From the NCBI RefSeq assembly GCF_009914755.1, contig NC_060926.1: a DNA stretch of 64,000 nucleotides; one strand, written 5' to 3'. The first letter of the stretch is position 1. The number at the start of each line of letters is the position of its first letter. The notes beneath the pieces are model-generated. The model was not told the origin of the DNA, did no database searches, and saw only the letters and a list, made by a program, of their open reading frames with translations. Positions 42,964 through 56,244 of this stretch are shown here, one piece after another. This DNA is from the human T2T-CHM13v2.0 reference genome, Homo sapiens. The position numbers were made by a program, and so were the translations under genes.

Positions 42964-45213
42964 CGTGATGGTTAATACTGAGTGTCAACTTGATTGGATT
43001 GTAGGATGCAAAGTATGGATCCTCGGTGTGTCTGTGAAGGTGTTACCAAAGGAGATTAACATTTGAGTCAGTGGGCTGGGGAAGGCAGACCCACCCTTCC
43101 ATCTAATCAGCGGCCAGTGAATATAAATTAGGCAGAAAAACGTGAAGAGGCAAGACTTGTCTAGCCTCCCAGCCCACATCTTTTTCCCACACTGGATGCT
43201 TCCTGCCCTCAAACATCATACTCCAAGTTCTTCAGTTTTGAGACTTGGACTGGCTCTTCTTGCTCGTCAAGCTTGCAGACAGCTTATCGTGTGACCTTGT
43301 GATCATGTAAGTTAATATTTCATAAACTTTAATATATATAATATATAATATATATAATTTTTTATATATTATATATATTACATATTTATATATAATATAT
43401 AAAATATATAAATATATATTATATAAACATATATAAAATATATGTTTATATAATATACAAATTATATTTTATATATTATATATAATATACAAATTATATA
43501 TTATATATTATATACAAATTATATATTATATATTATATATTATATATTATATATAATAGATAGAACTAATAGGATATATAGCCTATATCCTAGAACTAAT
43601 AGGATATATATATAATATATTATACATAAAATATTTAATATTTAATAAACACCCATATATCATATATTATATATCATATATAATATATATTTAATATTTA
43701 ATAAACTCCCATATATATGTTTATTGTAACATATTATATGTAATATATTATATAAAATATAAAATATATCATATGATATATGATATATATAATATAAAAT
43801 ATATCATATATGATATATATAATATAAAATATATCATATATGATATATATAATATAAAATATATCATATATGATATATATAATATAAAATATATCATATA
43901 TGATAGATATAATATAAAATATATCATATATGATAGATATAATATAAAATATATCATATGATATATGATAGATATAATATAAAATATATCATATGATATA
44001 TGATAGATATAATATAAAATATATCATATGATATATGATAGATAATATAAAATATATGATATATGATAGATAATATAAAATATATTATATCATATATGAT
44101 ATAGATAATATAAAATATATTATATGATATATGGGAGTTTATTAAATATTAAATATTATTTAATATTATATTAAATAATATTTAATATTATGTTAAATAA
44201 TATATTTATGTCATATGATATACAATATTATATTTATGTTACATTATATATGTTATATTATATATTATATTGAATAATAAATAAACTCCCATATATCATA
44301 TATCATATAATATATATTATATAATAATAAATAAACTCCCATATATCATATATCATATAATATATAATATATTTTATATAATATATCACATATCATATAT
44401 GAGATGTCATATATTTTATATTTTATATAATATATTACATATAACATATATAATATATGGGAGTTTATTAAATATTAAATATTATATGTTATATATTGTA
44501 TATAACATATAATATATGGGAGTTTATTAAATATTAAATATTATTATATATAATATATATCTTATTAGTTCTAGGATATAGGCTATATATATCCTATTAG
44601 CTCTATTATATATAATATATCTAAAATATATAATATATAAATTATATGTTACATATTAAAGTGTATTAAATATTAACTTACATGATCACACGGTCCCACA
44701 ATAAGCTATAATATAGTATATAATATATTATAATATGCTTATAATATTATATATAATATTATATATTACATAATTATATATTAATATGTAATAACATAAT
44801 ACAATATAATATATATTATATATTATAGTGTACATAATATATTATATCTAATATATTGTAGATATGTATATAATATATTATATACATATATAACATTATA
44901 TATAATATGTACATTATAATATAATATATATTATGTATATTATTATATAATGTAGTGTGTATATTATTATAGAATATGTATTATGTATATTATTATATAA
45001 TATATTGTGGATATTATTATAGAATATATACTATGTATATTATTACAGAATATATATTATGTATATTATTATAGAATACATTATATATTGATATATTATA
45101 TGTAATATATGGGAGTTTATTAAATATTATTTTATATGTATCCTATTAGTTCTAGGATATAGGCTATATATATCCTATTAGTTCTATCCCTCTAGGGAAC
45201 TCTGAATAATACA
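42964..45213 (+). mobile_element. MLT2A (MLT2A1-like) solo LTR with massively expanded internal AT-rich tract
   Basis: Starts (c)gtgatggttaatactgagtgtcaacttgattggattg and ends tcctattagttctatccctctagggaactctgaataataca; perfect TSD GTGGG at 42959-42963 and 45214-45218. Confidence 0.93.
43330..45172. repeat. AT-rich quasi-palindromic repeat block containing a 30 bp minisatellite
   Basis: Overwhelmingly A+T; unit atatcatatatgatatatataatataaaat is tandem at ~43770-44110; contains inverted copies of LTR segments. Confidence 0.95.
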
Positions 45214-46789
45214 GTGGGATCTGTTACTTCTAGGACCTGAAGAGATCTCCCAGGTGTTCTGCTTTCTTCTTTGTGGTGCAAGATGCAATAATTTGTTCTT
45301 TATTTTGGAGATCATATCTTGGCATCACCCTGATCACTGGACTCCTTAAAAATTTCACTTATATGGCAGGACCCTAAATCTCCCAAAGGTTTATTTTCCA
45401 CCCTCTGGAGTGTGTATATTTCCAAGGTCTCAAATGTGCTAGCCAGCAATTGCTTATCAAGTACAGTTAACATGATGTAATTAATAGAGTGAACCAATGT
45501 GATGTTCTGTGAGATGTCCAGATGGTCCTGATCTCGTTATTGATTAAACTTGATTAAACTTGATTAAAATAGAGGGTGAAGACAATGAACATACTCCTGG
45601 AGCAAAGCTGTAAGTGTATACTGTTGCGTATTCCATGTTAATGAAAACTATTTCTGATAATTTGTTCTGGTAGGGATTGAAAAGAATGCATATGCTAAAT
45701 CAGTGGTCACATACCGTTTACCTAAGGGCATGTTCATCTGTTCTAGCAAAGTTATGGGATTTGGCACAGTGGCTTCAACTGGGGTTGACTTTGCACTGAT
45801 TTACTATCATTCTTCAGGATTCTTCTGATTTTTTGAAGCTAGATTGATAAATTAAATATATGACAGGGACCACCGCATCTGTATTCTTTTGACCTTTAAG
45901 AGTAGCACTACTTTTCAACATGCCCCCAGAATATAGTTTTTTATTTACTATCTTGACTACAGTGGGGTTGAGGGAGGTGGGTAGTTTCAGGAACTTCTAC
46001 CTGGTCTTGCCAACCAAAATAGCTCTTACCCTACAGGACAAAGACCCAATGTGAGAACTGTGCTAACTACCAAATATGTTTATTTCAATTATATGAGGTA
46101 ATTATTGGACCATGTGTCTAATGGTGCTTGAAATGTCTGTATATTTTCCTCTCTCCAGTGCATAGTTACCCAGCACACAGTTGTCCAAGTAAATGGCTCT
46201 CAATCTCTTTGGAAAAGGCCTGGGGAAATTATTACCATTTATACTTCTTATGATGTTTCAGGGTCCTTTCTACTAGAAACCCAGATTCCTCTTCAATAAA
46301 TGTGTTCCAGGTTGGGAAATTAGCTCGGATCCATTCAGAAACTGCACAAAGGATCCTGACTATTTTTGGGGGCATCTTCAGCTTCTTGATCACCCACTCT
46401 TGATATCTTTTGATGTCTTAAATTGGGTGGTATCCTTTTGGTTGACCTTTTTTACATATTTATTTAGCCATCTCATCATTCTCTCTGCATGTCAGGATCC
46501 CCTGGCTACCCACTGTGACCTTACCATTGATGGCAATTGCAATCATTGCATCCACAAAAATTCAAGAGTCTGGAGATTATCAACCCAGATGTCTTCACCC
46601 TATTAGTCAGGGTCCCATTCTTTTCCAGTCAGGGCCCTAACTTTAACATAGCAGTCCTGCATTTGTCAGGAAATTTCATCTTTGGAGCTTGATTGATTAC
46701 ATCTTGGGCCTGGTCCACAGCTGTTGCTGTTCTCCAGTACTAGGAGTTGAGAATTCCGAGCTAGTGCAAGATAGCCTTTCTATTCCTAT

Positions 46790-47368
46790 ACCAGTCAGTC
46801 ACTGGATGTGGGCTGCCCGGGGGAGGGGTGGGACCTTGGGGAGGTGGCTTTTATTATGGATAGAATGTTTGTGTCCCCATGAAATTCATAGTTTGAAATC
46901 CTAACCCCCAATGTGATGGTATTAGGAGGTGGCACCTTTGGGAGGCAACTAGGTCATGAGGGTAGAACCCTCCTTAATTAGATTAGTGCCCTTATAAGAG
47001 AGATCCCAGAGAACTTTCTCACCCCTTATCACTTGAGGACACAGCCTGGAAGATGGCCATCTACATACCAGGAAGTGGGCCATCTCCAGACACCAAATCT
47101 GCCAGCACCTTGGTCTTGGACTTCCCAGCCTCCAGAACCATGAGAAATAAATGCTTGTTGTTTAAGCCACTTAGCCTATGGTATTTTTTGTTATAACAGC
47201 CCTAATAAGCTAAGACAGCTCTCTATACTTGAGGCTGCCCCTAAGGGGCTAACAGCTAAGACTACCTGATGACAGCACTCCCAGCAGCCAGGACAGCAAG
47301 CCCTTCACTGAAAGGGAATCTAGTGGAAGGTGGGGTTGGTGGAAGGATGCATCACATTGTCCTCCACA
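46790..47368 (-). mobile_element. LTR16C-like 5' LTR (U3 part) of the ERVL provirus, interrupted by MLT1A
   Basis: Minus strand begins tgtggaggacaatgtgatgc and contains gctgctgggagtgctg and cccgggcagcccacatcca; it joins gag without a recognisable R/U5. Confidence 0.72.
46852..47217 (+). mobile_element. MLT1A-type MaLR solo LTR
   Basis: gaatgtttgtgtcccc...ccagcctccagaaccatgagaaataaa...ctaagaca; TSD gcttt/gctct. Confidence 0.9.
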
Positions 47369-49074
47369 CTCCTCTTTCCTTAACCCTGTTTGGATCCCCC
47401 CAGTTGTGAGTATGCAGTAAAGAGATTCGTGCAGGCTTTATCATTTATATTTTAAAGACTTGTTCCTTCAAGGTGCACAAATAATTTACAAATATGCCTA
47501 AGAAGTCTCATCACAAAAACGTCACTTTTTCCAGCAATTTACTTTTTACTACTATTGTTTACTAAACAAAACCTTTGAAAGGGAATTGGACATGTGCATA
47601 ATGAGTGTACATAGATGTTTATTATGATTGCCATAATGCTGGGCACACCAAGAGCTCAGCTAATATGGAAGGCTGGCTTTATCCATTGGGCATTGTTATT
47701 AGATTTTCTGGGATCTCTTCTCATTGCAGGACCCCAACACTCCTTCATTTCTAAATCGCCCATCTAGAACGAGCTGTTTGAAGGATGTGGCAACATCATC
47801 CTATCCTGACAGCTGCAGGGCACTAACAATGTGCTTTTCATATAAAGCAACCACTGAATTCAATGGATGTGCAAAGCTTGCTCTCTGATGGAGACTTTTA
47901 AGATACTTGCTATGAATGACAATCAGCCACCCAATCTGTCAGAAGCTTGACCTCACGGGCAGACAGCAAAGTGTTTCCCTTGAGAAGATATTCTCTGCTT
48001 ACCTGGAAAAATGCAGCTTGCTCTGAGTGAAGGAGGAGCAAGGCAGCTGGCAGGGTGTGTAGCTATTCTGGACACATCAGTAGCTTTAGTATGTCCTAAA
48101 GAGAAGAGGAGGTTGAAGTTCTGATTCAATCATCTATGGCCCTGGAGGACGTATACACTCTGTGGGGCATTCCCATGACTGAATTAGACCCTGATGGGAC
48201 TCAGGATGAGCAATGCTGCTCTTGCAGAAGACAAGTGTCCATTTATTTGAGGTAGTGATTACTTATGAGCAATTGGCTAAGTACAAGTCACTGCCTTGAT
48301 GCACCTTGCATCCAGGACCCTCCCCTTCCCCCAGCCTATCTGCCTGCTTAGGATTGTCACATGCTGACCATATTCTTTGTTAGTATAACTCTCATACCTC
48401 TCATTGACACAGATAAGTATGCAAACCATATTATATTCCAACTTCCTTTGTATAAAATTCTAACCTCGTCATCTTCCCAGAGCACTGGACTATTTCTTGC
48501 CACTTGTAGCATAAGGGAAAATGTGTTCTCCAGTGTTCTCCATCTTTTCTGCACTTTTGTCCCCATTCTTCTCCTTGAAGACTTTATAAATGTCAATTTC
48601 CTTTTCTCTAAATGAGGATACTGGGTTAACATTATCCCTAAAATTCCTTTTTGCTTCAAAGTTCTATGATGCTATAATTTTTAATCATTCTTTCACCCCA
48701 GTAATCTCGTTATCCAAAGCTGTTACTTTCTTATTTCACAGAATCCTCTATAGTTAGGGTTACAGCATGCTTCTATAATCCAAGCACAATATTTGTAACA
48801 GAAGTCATTTCGCAGATACAGGGTAAATGTATAAATATGTGATGAGAAGATTGTAGAGTAATAAGGTAAAATTTAATGGTTTTAATATACAGCATTTTAC
48901 AATGTTGCTACACAACATAATGTATATTTTATGAGTTCTTGACAGCATTTTAAAAATTTTCTGACACTGCTTTTCAGATTAAGATGTTCATTAACTCTCT
49001 ACTACTTGAGAATAATCATTCCTACCTGAAATCTGTGCCCTCAAATCAGACTATTTTTAATCCTATTTTTATCC

Positions 49075-49320
49075 AAACGATGTGTTTCTGCAATATGTTA
49101 ATAGGTGCTCCATAAAAAAGGATTTTATAACCAAACAAATATTTGGGAAATGCTGGGTTAAGTAGAGTTAAATAGGTTTTTACTGCAGGACTTCTCAGAG
49201 CCTTTAATGTACCAATATGTACTTTGAAGCAATCCCTTTCCCAAACCTTTTCACCCAAACGCCTATGTAACATCTAGAGAAGCAGTAGCCAATGAAATAC
49301 AGTTTAGAAAAGGCTGCCCT
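49075..49320. mobile_element. hAT-Charlie-type MITE remnant
   Basis: tttgggaaatgctgggtt...ctgcaggacttctcagagcctttaat; related to the remnant at ~34200-34730. Confidence 0.55.
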
Positions 49321-50033
49321 GGGCTTCTTTGATACACGCCTTGTCCTCCAATGTCGAGCTGTATTAAAACTAACAAAGGAGGATAAAGGGATATCTTTTG
49401 AGATTTTTCTATGTGTCTGCCTCTGCCCAATCTCTGAAGTGGTTAGATTCTCATCCTGACCATGACTCTGCAGGTTCCTTCCAAGTGCTGCTTTTTCCTT
49501 GACTGTTGTAATTATATCTATGAGGAGAGGGAGGATTGTGAGGAAGAAAAGGAGGAAGTAAATATGAGAAACTGCTTTAACCAAGTTCCTTTGATGTTAA
49601 AAGTGATGTTGAAAACTAGGTTAGTATCATAAGTAAATACTTTTTATTTAAAGAAGCATTTATGAGTCTTTTCCCCCTCTTAAGGCTAAGCTTAGTAGTG
49701 AAAATGATCATAAAATGATTTTAAAGGCTACTAAGTGGATTTGGAACAGTTGATGAATATTCTTCTTTTAAAAACCGGGATGTTCTCCAAGTTCTTTTAA
49801 GACATAATTTAATTAAGCTTTCCTTTCATGTGCTGCATCTTTCAGATTTCCACATTGCACACATGCAGTCTTATGACCTGAGAAGAGCTAACAGTCAGCT
49901 CTTCTCATCCCACACCTCTTCTGACATTCCAGAGGCAGCGTAACTTACTTGGGAAGACGTAGAATAGTTCCTCAATCTCCCAACATCTAATTGTCTCTGA
50001 AGCTAGATTTCTCTTAACAATTGGTAGACATTG

Positions 50034-50960
50034 TTCATTCAGTCAACGTACAAGAATAGACAGATGATTTAAAACAGTTCCTGCTCTCAAGGAACGTGGA
50101 GTTCAGCTACAGAAGCCCAGCTGGGGATGAGAGGGTATATAAAAGAATAGTCAGTTTTACCGAGTAAGGGTTCCCAAGAGGGCTTCTTGGAGGAGGTGGT
50201 ACCTGAGCTGAATCTTACAGTATTTGCTTCGTAGACAAAGTAAGGCAGATGCATTCACAGGAGGGAGTGCAGCCTGAGAAATCTCACAGAAGCACATGGC
50301 AACTTGGCACTGTCTGGGAACAGCAAGTTGTTCGGATGGCAGAGGCATAGAGCCACAGTTGGAGTGAGAGACAGGTGGGGCTCCAAAAGGTAGGTTCTCG
50401 ACTTCATTCTAAAAACAATAGGGAGCCATTCAAGGATGCAAAGCAGGAAGAGACAAGTAAGTTTTGCATGCAGAACAGTTACTGGGGCACACAGATCTGA
50501 AGGCGGCCCTGTAGAGGCTGGGGGGTGGGCCACGGGAGGGCACGGGAACTCAGCAGGGGGATGGCAAGGGCCTTAGTCATGGCGGCAACAATGGAGCTGA
50601 AGAGGAAGAGAGAGAGACGTACCAAGGAGGCAAAGTAGAGGGCACCCATTCTCTGCTGTAATCGGCCTGTGGAGAGAGGCCTGGGGGTTCTAGCATGGGT
50701 GAGTGGGAAGACAGTGGTGTCTTTCACCAAGATAAGGAACACAGGGGGAACAGTCAGTGTCATGGGGGCAGCAGAGAGGGAAAAGAGCAGAAACATGTCT
50801 GCATTTCTGAGTGTGAGGGGCTAGTGAGACCTCCAGATGAAAGAGACAAAGAACTGGATGTGTGGAACTGATGCTTGAGAGAGCTCTGGGCTGGAAATTG
50901 TGATTCTCAAATTGTTGTTGTGTGGATGAGTGGCTGGATGAGGTAGCGTGAGGCCGTGGT
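50034..50960 (-). mobile_element. L2 fragment
   Basis: cagttcctgctctcaagga, ggcttcttggaggaggtggtacctgagctgaatctt and caatagggagccatt motifs. Confidence 0.8.
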
Positions 50961-51149
50961 GCACTCTTGAGCCATTTCTCTATCACCTGCATGATCTTCT
51001 TTCACAGTCACTTACCGCTTATTCCATTATATGACCAATGCTTTTCTGTAAATAATCTCCCATTTTGCTTAATAAAATTTATTTTATAAGGAAACTTTAT
51101 ATCATTACTATAAATTTTTTAATATTATTTGTCATTAATAGGAAGTAAA

Positions 51150-53410
51150 TATAAAAATAAATATATAACAACTATGTAATAATATAACCTCCCTTATATA
51201 TAAAACACACCATGTGGCCAAATTACAAAAAGAAACGAACAAACCCCCAATCATAGTGAGAGATGTTGGCATATTTCCCTCAGTAATTGATAAATCAAAC
51301 AGATGTAAAAGTAGTAAAGACATAGATTTGAATGCTAGTCATTCTTTTCAAGCAAATATAGACCATTTTTTTTAAAAAATCACCACATACTAAGCCACAA
51401 AGCAAGTCTCAACATATTATCTAAGAATCTCTACCCTACTGACCACATATCCTAACTATAATGTAATAAAGTTAGAAATAAATAACAAAAAAGATTTAGA
51501 GATTTTTTTAATTTCAAAATAATTTATGGGCCAAAAATGATATCATAATGGAAATTAGAGCTGAAAGACAATTATCAAAATTTTTGGGATAATGCTAAAG
51601 CAGTATTTACATAGAAATACATTCTATTAAATGAAAGCTATAAAAGAAGAAAGATTAAGAGTTACTGCACTGAGAATCTAATCAAGAAATTAGGTAGAAG
51701 AAAAGGAACAAACAAAAACAAAACCCCCAAAAAAACTCAACTCAGAGAAAGTAGAAGAAAGTAACAAAGATATGGGCAAAACTGAAAGAAACAGACAACA
51801 ACAAAAACAAAGAAATTAAAAGCTGGACAACTCAAAGACTAATAAAATAGAAAGTATCTTGAAAGATGAATAAGAAAAGAGTTCTGCTACAAATAAAGGC
51901 ATTAGGAATGGAGGCGGGGAAGGACATACCTGTATACAGAGATATGAAAATAAGAACCTTATACCAATAACATTGAAAAATTAGACAAAATGGATAATTT
52001 TCCAGAAAAAAAAGATATAAAATAGAAAAAAAGAAGGAAAAACATGAATGGACCTAGAAGCATTACATAATTTTAATTAATGGTTTAAACATACACACCA
52101 ACTCATACACAAATATAATTCCTATACACCACCAACAATCATCTAGACAAAGTAAATTTTCAAAAGATGTATTACAATAGCAACAAAGCACTTCAGACAG
52201 TCAGGAATAAATCTAACGAAAGAAATACAAGGGAGAGTTATATAACTTTAACAAGGGATATAAAGAAAACTATGTAACATATATCGAGCTCACAAGAAAG
52301 AAGACTAGATATATAAAGATGATGATTCTCCCCAAATCATTCTATATAGATTCAATGTACTTCTCATCAAAATCCTAAAGGAACATTTCACATAGCTTGA
52401 CAAGGTGATCTTGAAATTCAGGAAGAAGAGTAAAGAACAAAAAATAGCCAAGAAAAATTTGACTAAGAAGGTTAGTTTCACCCTGCAGGAAAGATTATTA
52501 TAAAATCGCATTTAAATCAATGCAGATAAAGACAAACAAAAAGATAGAAAGTCTAGAAACAGACCCACGTATGAAGAAGAACGTGGTATAGACCCAAAGT
52601 GGCACTACGAGTCAGTGGGAACAGGATGGACTGCTCTATAAATGATGCTGGACTGTGGTCTACAAAACTAGATTCTTACCTCATCCCATAGATGCACTCC
52701 AAGGTAAAAAACAAAACCGGAACTTTTAGACGCAAACCTTTGATTCGTTTATGACATCAGGATAGGGAAAGATTTTTTAAATGTAAAGCCAGATCGCAAT
52801 TCATAAAAAGAGATATTGTTATATTTGACTACCTTTTCTATTTCTATTTCTATAGCCAAAAAAAAAAATACCATAAGCAATGTGAAAAAATAAGCCACAG
52901 AACAGAAAAAGACATTTGTCTCCCATACACAACTAACAAAGTATTAATGTCCAGAATACGTACAGAATTTCTACAAATCACTTAGCAAACACAACAATTA
53001 AAAAAATAGACACTGGAGATGAACAGGAAATTCACAGAAGAGGATGTCCAGATGCCCAGTAAACATAAGAAAATGTGCCTAACTTTTCTATAATAAAGGA
53101 AATTAAAAACCTAATAATAATAAAATACCATTTCAATTCATCAGGTTGGTATAAATTAATACGTTTATATCAGATGTGTGGGCATAGACGTGGGGACAAT
53201 TAAATTCTTGTGTATTGCTTCAGGGAGTATAAATTGGCACAAATACTTTGTAAAACAATTTGGTAATACTTAGTAAAGCTGACGGTGTGACTACCTTATA
53301 ACCAGGAATCTACTCTTCAGGAATCTCGGAGAAAACGTGCACTCAAATGGGTGTGAGGACACTTGTTATGTAAGTTTGTTATAAGAACAGAAAAAGTGGA
53401 AGCAAACTAT
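51150..53410 (+). mobile_element. Old L1M (ME-type) ORF2/3' remnant; further pieces to ~54800
   Basis: A-rich with L1 ORF2 traces (taagccacaaagcaagtctcaac, ggaataaatctaac, gaaagtctagaaacagaccca, ttcacagaagagga). Confidence 0.85.
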
Positions 53411-53412
53411 CA

Positions 53413-53906
53413 CTGGGACTCAGAGCGTGACACTCCGAAGTATGGCACCTTGGCATACTGAGTATTTTAAGCTGGAGGAATTTGAGAATACTGCAGAAGC
53501 AAGAAGGTCACCACTTTCTAACCTTCTCCCACCTTTCTCCCTTGCAACAGACCATAAAAAATTTTCTGCCCTACCTTCCCCAAAAGTAGGTCCTAAGACC
53601 CTCATTCCAGAGAGGTCTTGCCCTATACCTAAGACCCTGAACCAACAGGCCTTGCTAAGTTCTCCACAGTTTATTACCACAAGATCAGATCCTTCTGTCC
53701 TCCAATTACGCTTCTGCACTTCTGTCCGCAAAAAATATGCAGTTTCCTCAGGGTCTGTGGCTCTTCATTTCTAAGGGCTCCTGTGTCACATAAAACACTA
53801 GAGAAATTTGTATGCTTTTCTCTTGTTAATCTGTTTTTTGTTACAGGGGCCTCAGTCAGGAACCCTGTGATGGGTGAAGGAAAGATATTCTTTCTCCTCC
53901 TCTGCA
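53413..53906 (+). mobile_element. ERV solo LTR (MER34/MER39/LTR47-like)
   Basis: aagtatggcaccttggcatactgagtattttaagctg start and tttgtatgcttttctcttgttaatctg...tttctcctcctctgca end; subfamily uncertain. Confidence 0.7.
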
Positions 53907-54173
53907 CTGTTATTGGGGAAAATTGACAAATCAATTGGTTTATTCAAACACTTGAACACAATAGGAGCTGTTAAATTATCACTGCTATATATGTCAATAT
54001 GGAAAAATCTCAAGTATATTTGGAGATTTTTTGAAGGGGAAAAAAAGCAAGTTGTTCAAGAATGTGTTCAATATGTTGCCGTTTATTTAAAACTTCAAAC
54101 CCCATGGGAAATATTGTCTCTACTTTTTAGTATATAGCAATGTAGCAGGTACATCATGTAGGAGGATACTGGC

Positions 54174-54603
54174 TATGGCTGATGCTGTTGAGCCCCCACC
54201 CAGACTCTCTCCAGACTGACTATTTCTGGATACTCCAGTTTCTCACTGCAAACACCTTCCACTCTGCCTGCAGTCTGCAGGAAAGGGCTCAGCGCCCTCA
54301 CAGGGTAGCCTGAACTTCCAGGGAGTTTACAGCCAATTACGGGGGAGTTGGCAGGTCAATTTCCCAAAACCTCCACAGCTGTCAAGTAGAGCAACTCTGA
54401 GGTCCTTCTACACAGCTCCCCAAATTCTCTTGTGAACTGAACTCGTTGCCCATAGAAATAACCACCCCATTACCACACTCTGCACTGGCTTCCTGCCCCA
54501 CTCGGCGTCATGATAGGTCTTCCTGGGGTCAGTTCTCAAATCGACTACTGGCACTCAAATCCTTACCTCAGGATCTGCTTCTGGTAAATCTCAATCGAAG
54601 ACA
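54174..54603 (+). mobile_element. LTR16-family solo LTR
   Basis: gatgctgttgagcccccacccag start; gcactcaaatccttacctcaggatctgcttctgg...gaagaca end. Confidence 0.75.
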
Positions 54604-54967
54604 TTTACCAATATCAGAAGGGGGGCTACCTCTACAAAAGGAAGAAGGGGAATGAATCAGGAGTACATTTTTGCCGTATTTATATGTTTTACTTATTTAA
54701 AAACGGAAAGAAATATGAAACATATTAGTAGAATGTTAGGATAGTGGATTCTTGTGTGTTCTTTTTAAGTTGAGAATAAAAAATTCTTAATAAAGTAAAA
54801 GCTTGAAAGCTTGAATCAGTGAAAAAACACAGAGACCCTGCCAGGATCACCTCCAGGGTGTCTGAGGCCTTGAGTGACTATTTTTTTGCATTTTGATTTA
54901 AAAATATTATAAAATACATGAGCCATGTGACGCAAAGTAAGTTATCAATGAAGATTTAGAATACTAG

Positions 54968-55388
<421 letters not shown>

Positions 55389-56244
55389 CAGGCACCATTT
55401 TTTTGTAGTTCTTATTGTCAATCGCACCAATCCTAGACAGTTTTGTTATCTCCCTTGCATTAAGAAAGATAGCAATAGTGTTATTACTCAAAATGCATGG
55501 CTCTTCAGAACCTGTTTGTGGTTTGCAGTTCTCTCATACCACTTTAAAAATTCCGAGTGCAGCATTTAAAAAACTGCATGACCTGCGTCATCTACCACAG
55601 AGACCACGAATACTGGTCTCCAATAACTCCTTCAAAAGCTGTCATGGTGCTTCATTGACCATGACCACAAATGAAGTCTTACCCAGAGTATGTAGGAAAA
55701 TGCAAACAATCATTCATATTCTGGTAGAGTCTATTTACCATTGGAATTCTAGAGCATAAAGGTAGAACATTACATCCTATAGCTTCATCTTTTGTACTCC
55801 TTAGGCCAAATCACAGCCGGAAGGATGTCAGAGATGCGACTGTGGGCAAGAAGAGCTGTCCCACTACTGCAATGAATGTCCATTCCTGGCCAGCAAGGCT
55901 TAGATCAGCCAGGGGGAGCATGACTTTGCCCCATCCATCTGAGGCAAGAGACAACACAACATTGGTTGGAAGAGTCCACTGGTTTTAGAAAACAAGTCTC
56001 AGAACCCTTGGAGTTAAGCACAGCCACCCCTAGGACTGCCTGGTATGTGGCACAGAGCCTGTGGAGGAGTTGGGGTGACCCCCTTCTTGGTGCCAGCAGC
56101 AGGGGCCACATAGAGTAAAAGATACCTGCCACCACCCCTGTAGGTGCCGAGGGCCAGAAGAGGCACCACAGCTGGAGCCAACACACACAGCGCAAGTCCA
56201 AGGAGTCCGCAGCAAGGGACCATCAGTGATCCAAAGCCCAAAAC

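Larger units (their letters stand above)
40950..46790 (-). mobile_element. Degenerate ERVL internal region (HERV16-like): gag-pro-RT-RNaseH-IN-dUTPase pseudogene, split by MLT2A
   Basis: Hand translation of the minus strand gives: gag VKVRALTGKEWDP (~46610-46650); protease VTMHWREENIQTFQAPLDTW (~46110-46170); RT DLAYAFFSIP...WNTQQYTLTALLQEY (~45590-45715) and VHSINYIML at the YIDD position (~45470-45497); RNase H PFEKQL (~42720-42740); integrase DTWWQVDYI (~41725-41755); dUTPase/C-terminal RDQEARR...PCPILVVNGQVQ (~40950-41135). Many stops and frameshifts. Confidence 0.9.

Noticed and set aside
43770-44110. Regular 30 bp repeats as a possible CRISPR-like array, and the YMIYFIL ORFs
   Set aside because: Head-to-tail units with no unique spacers, no cas genes, and a eukaryotic LTR context.
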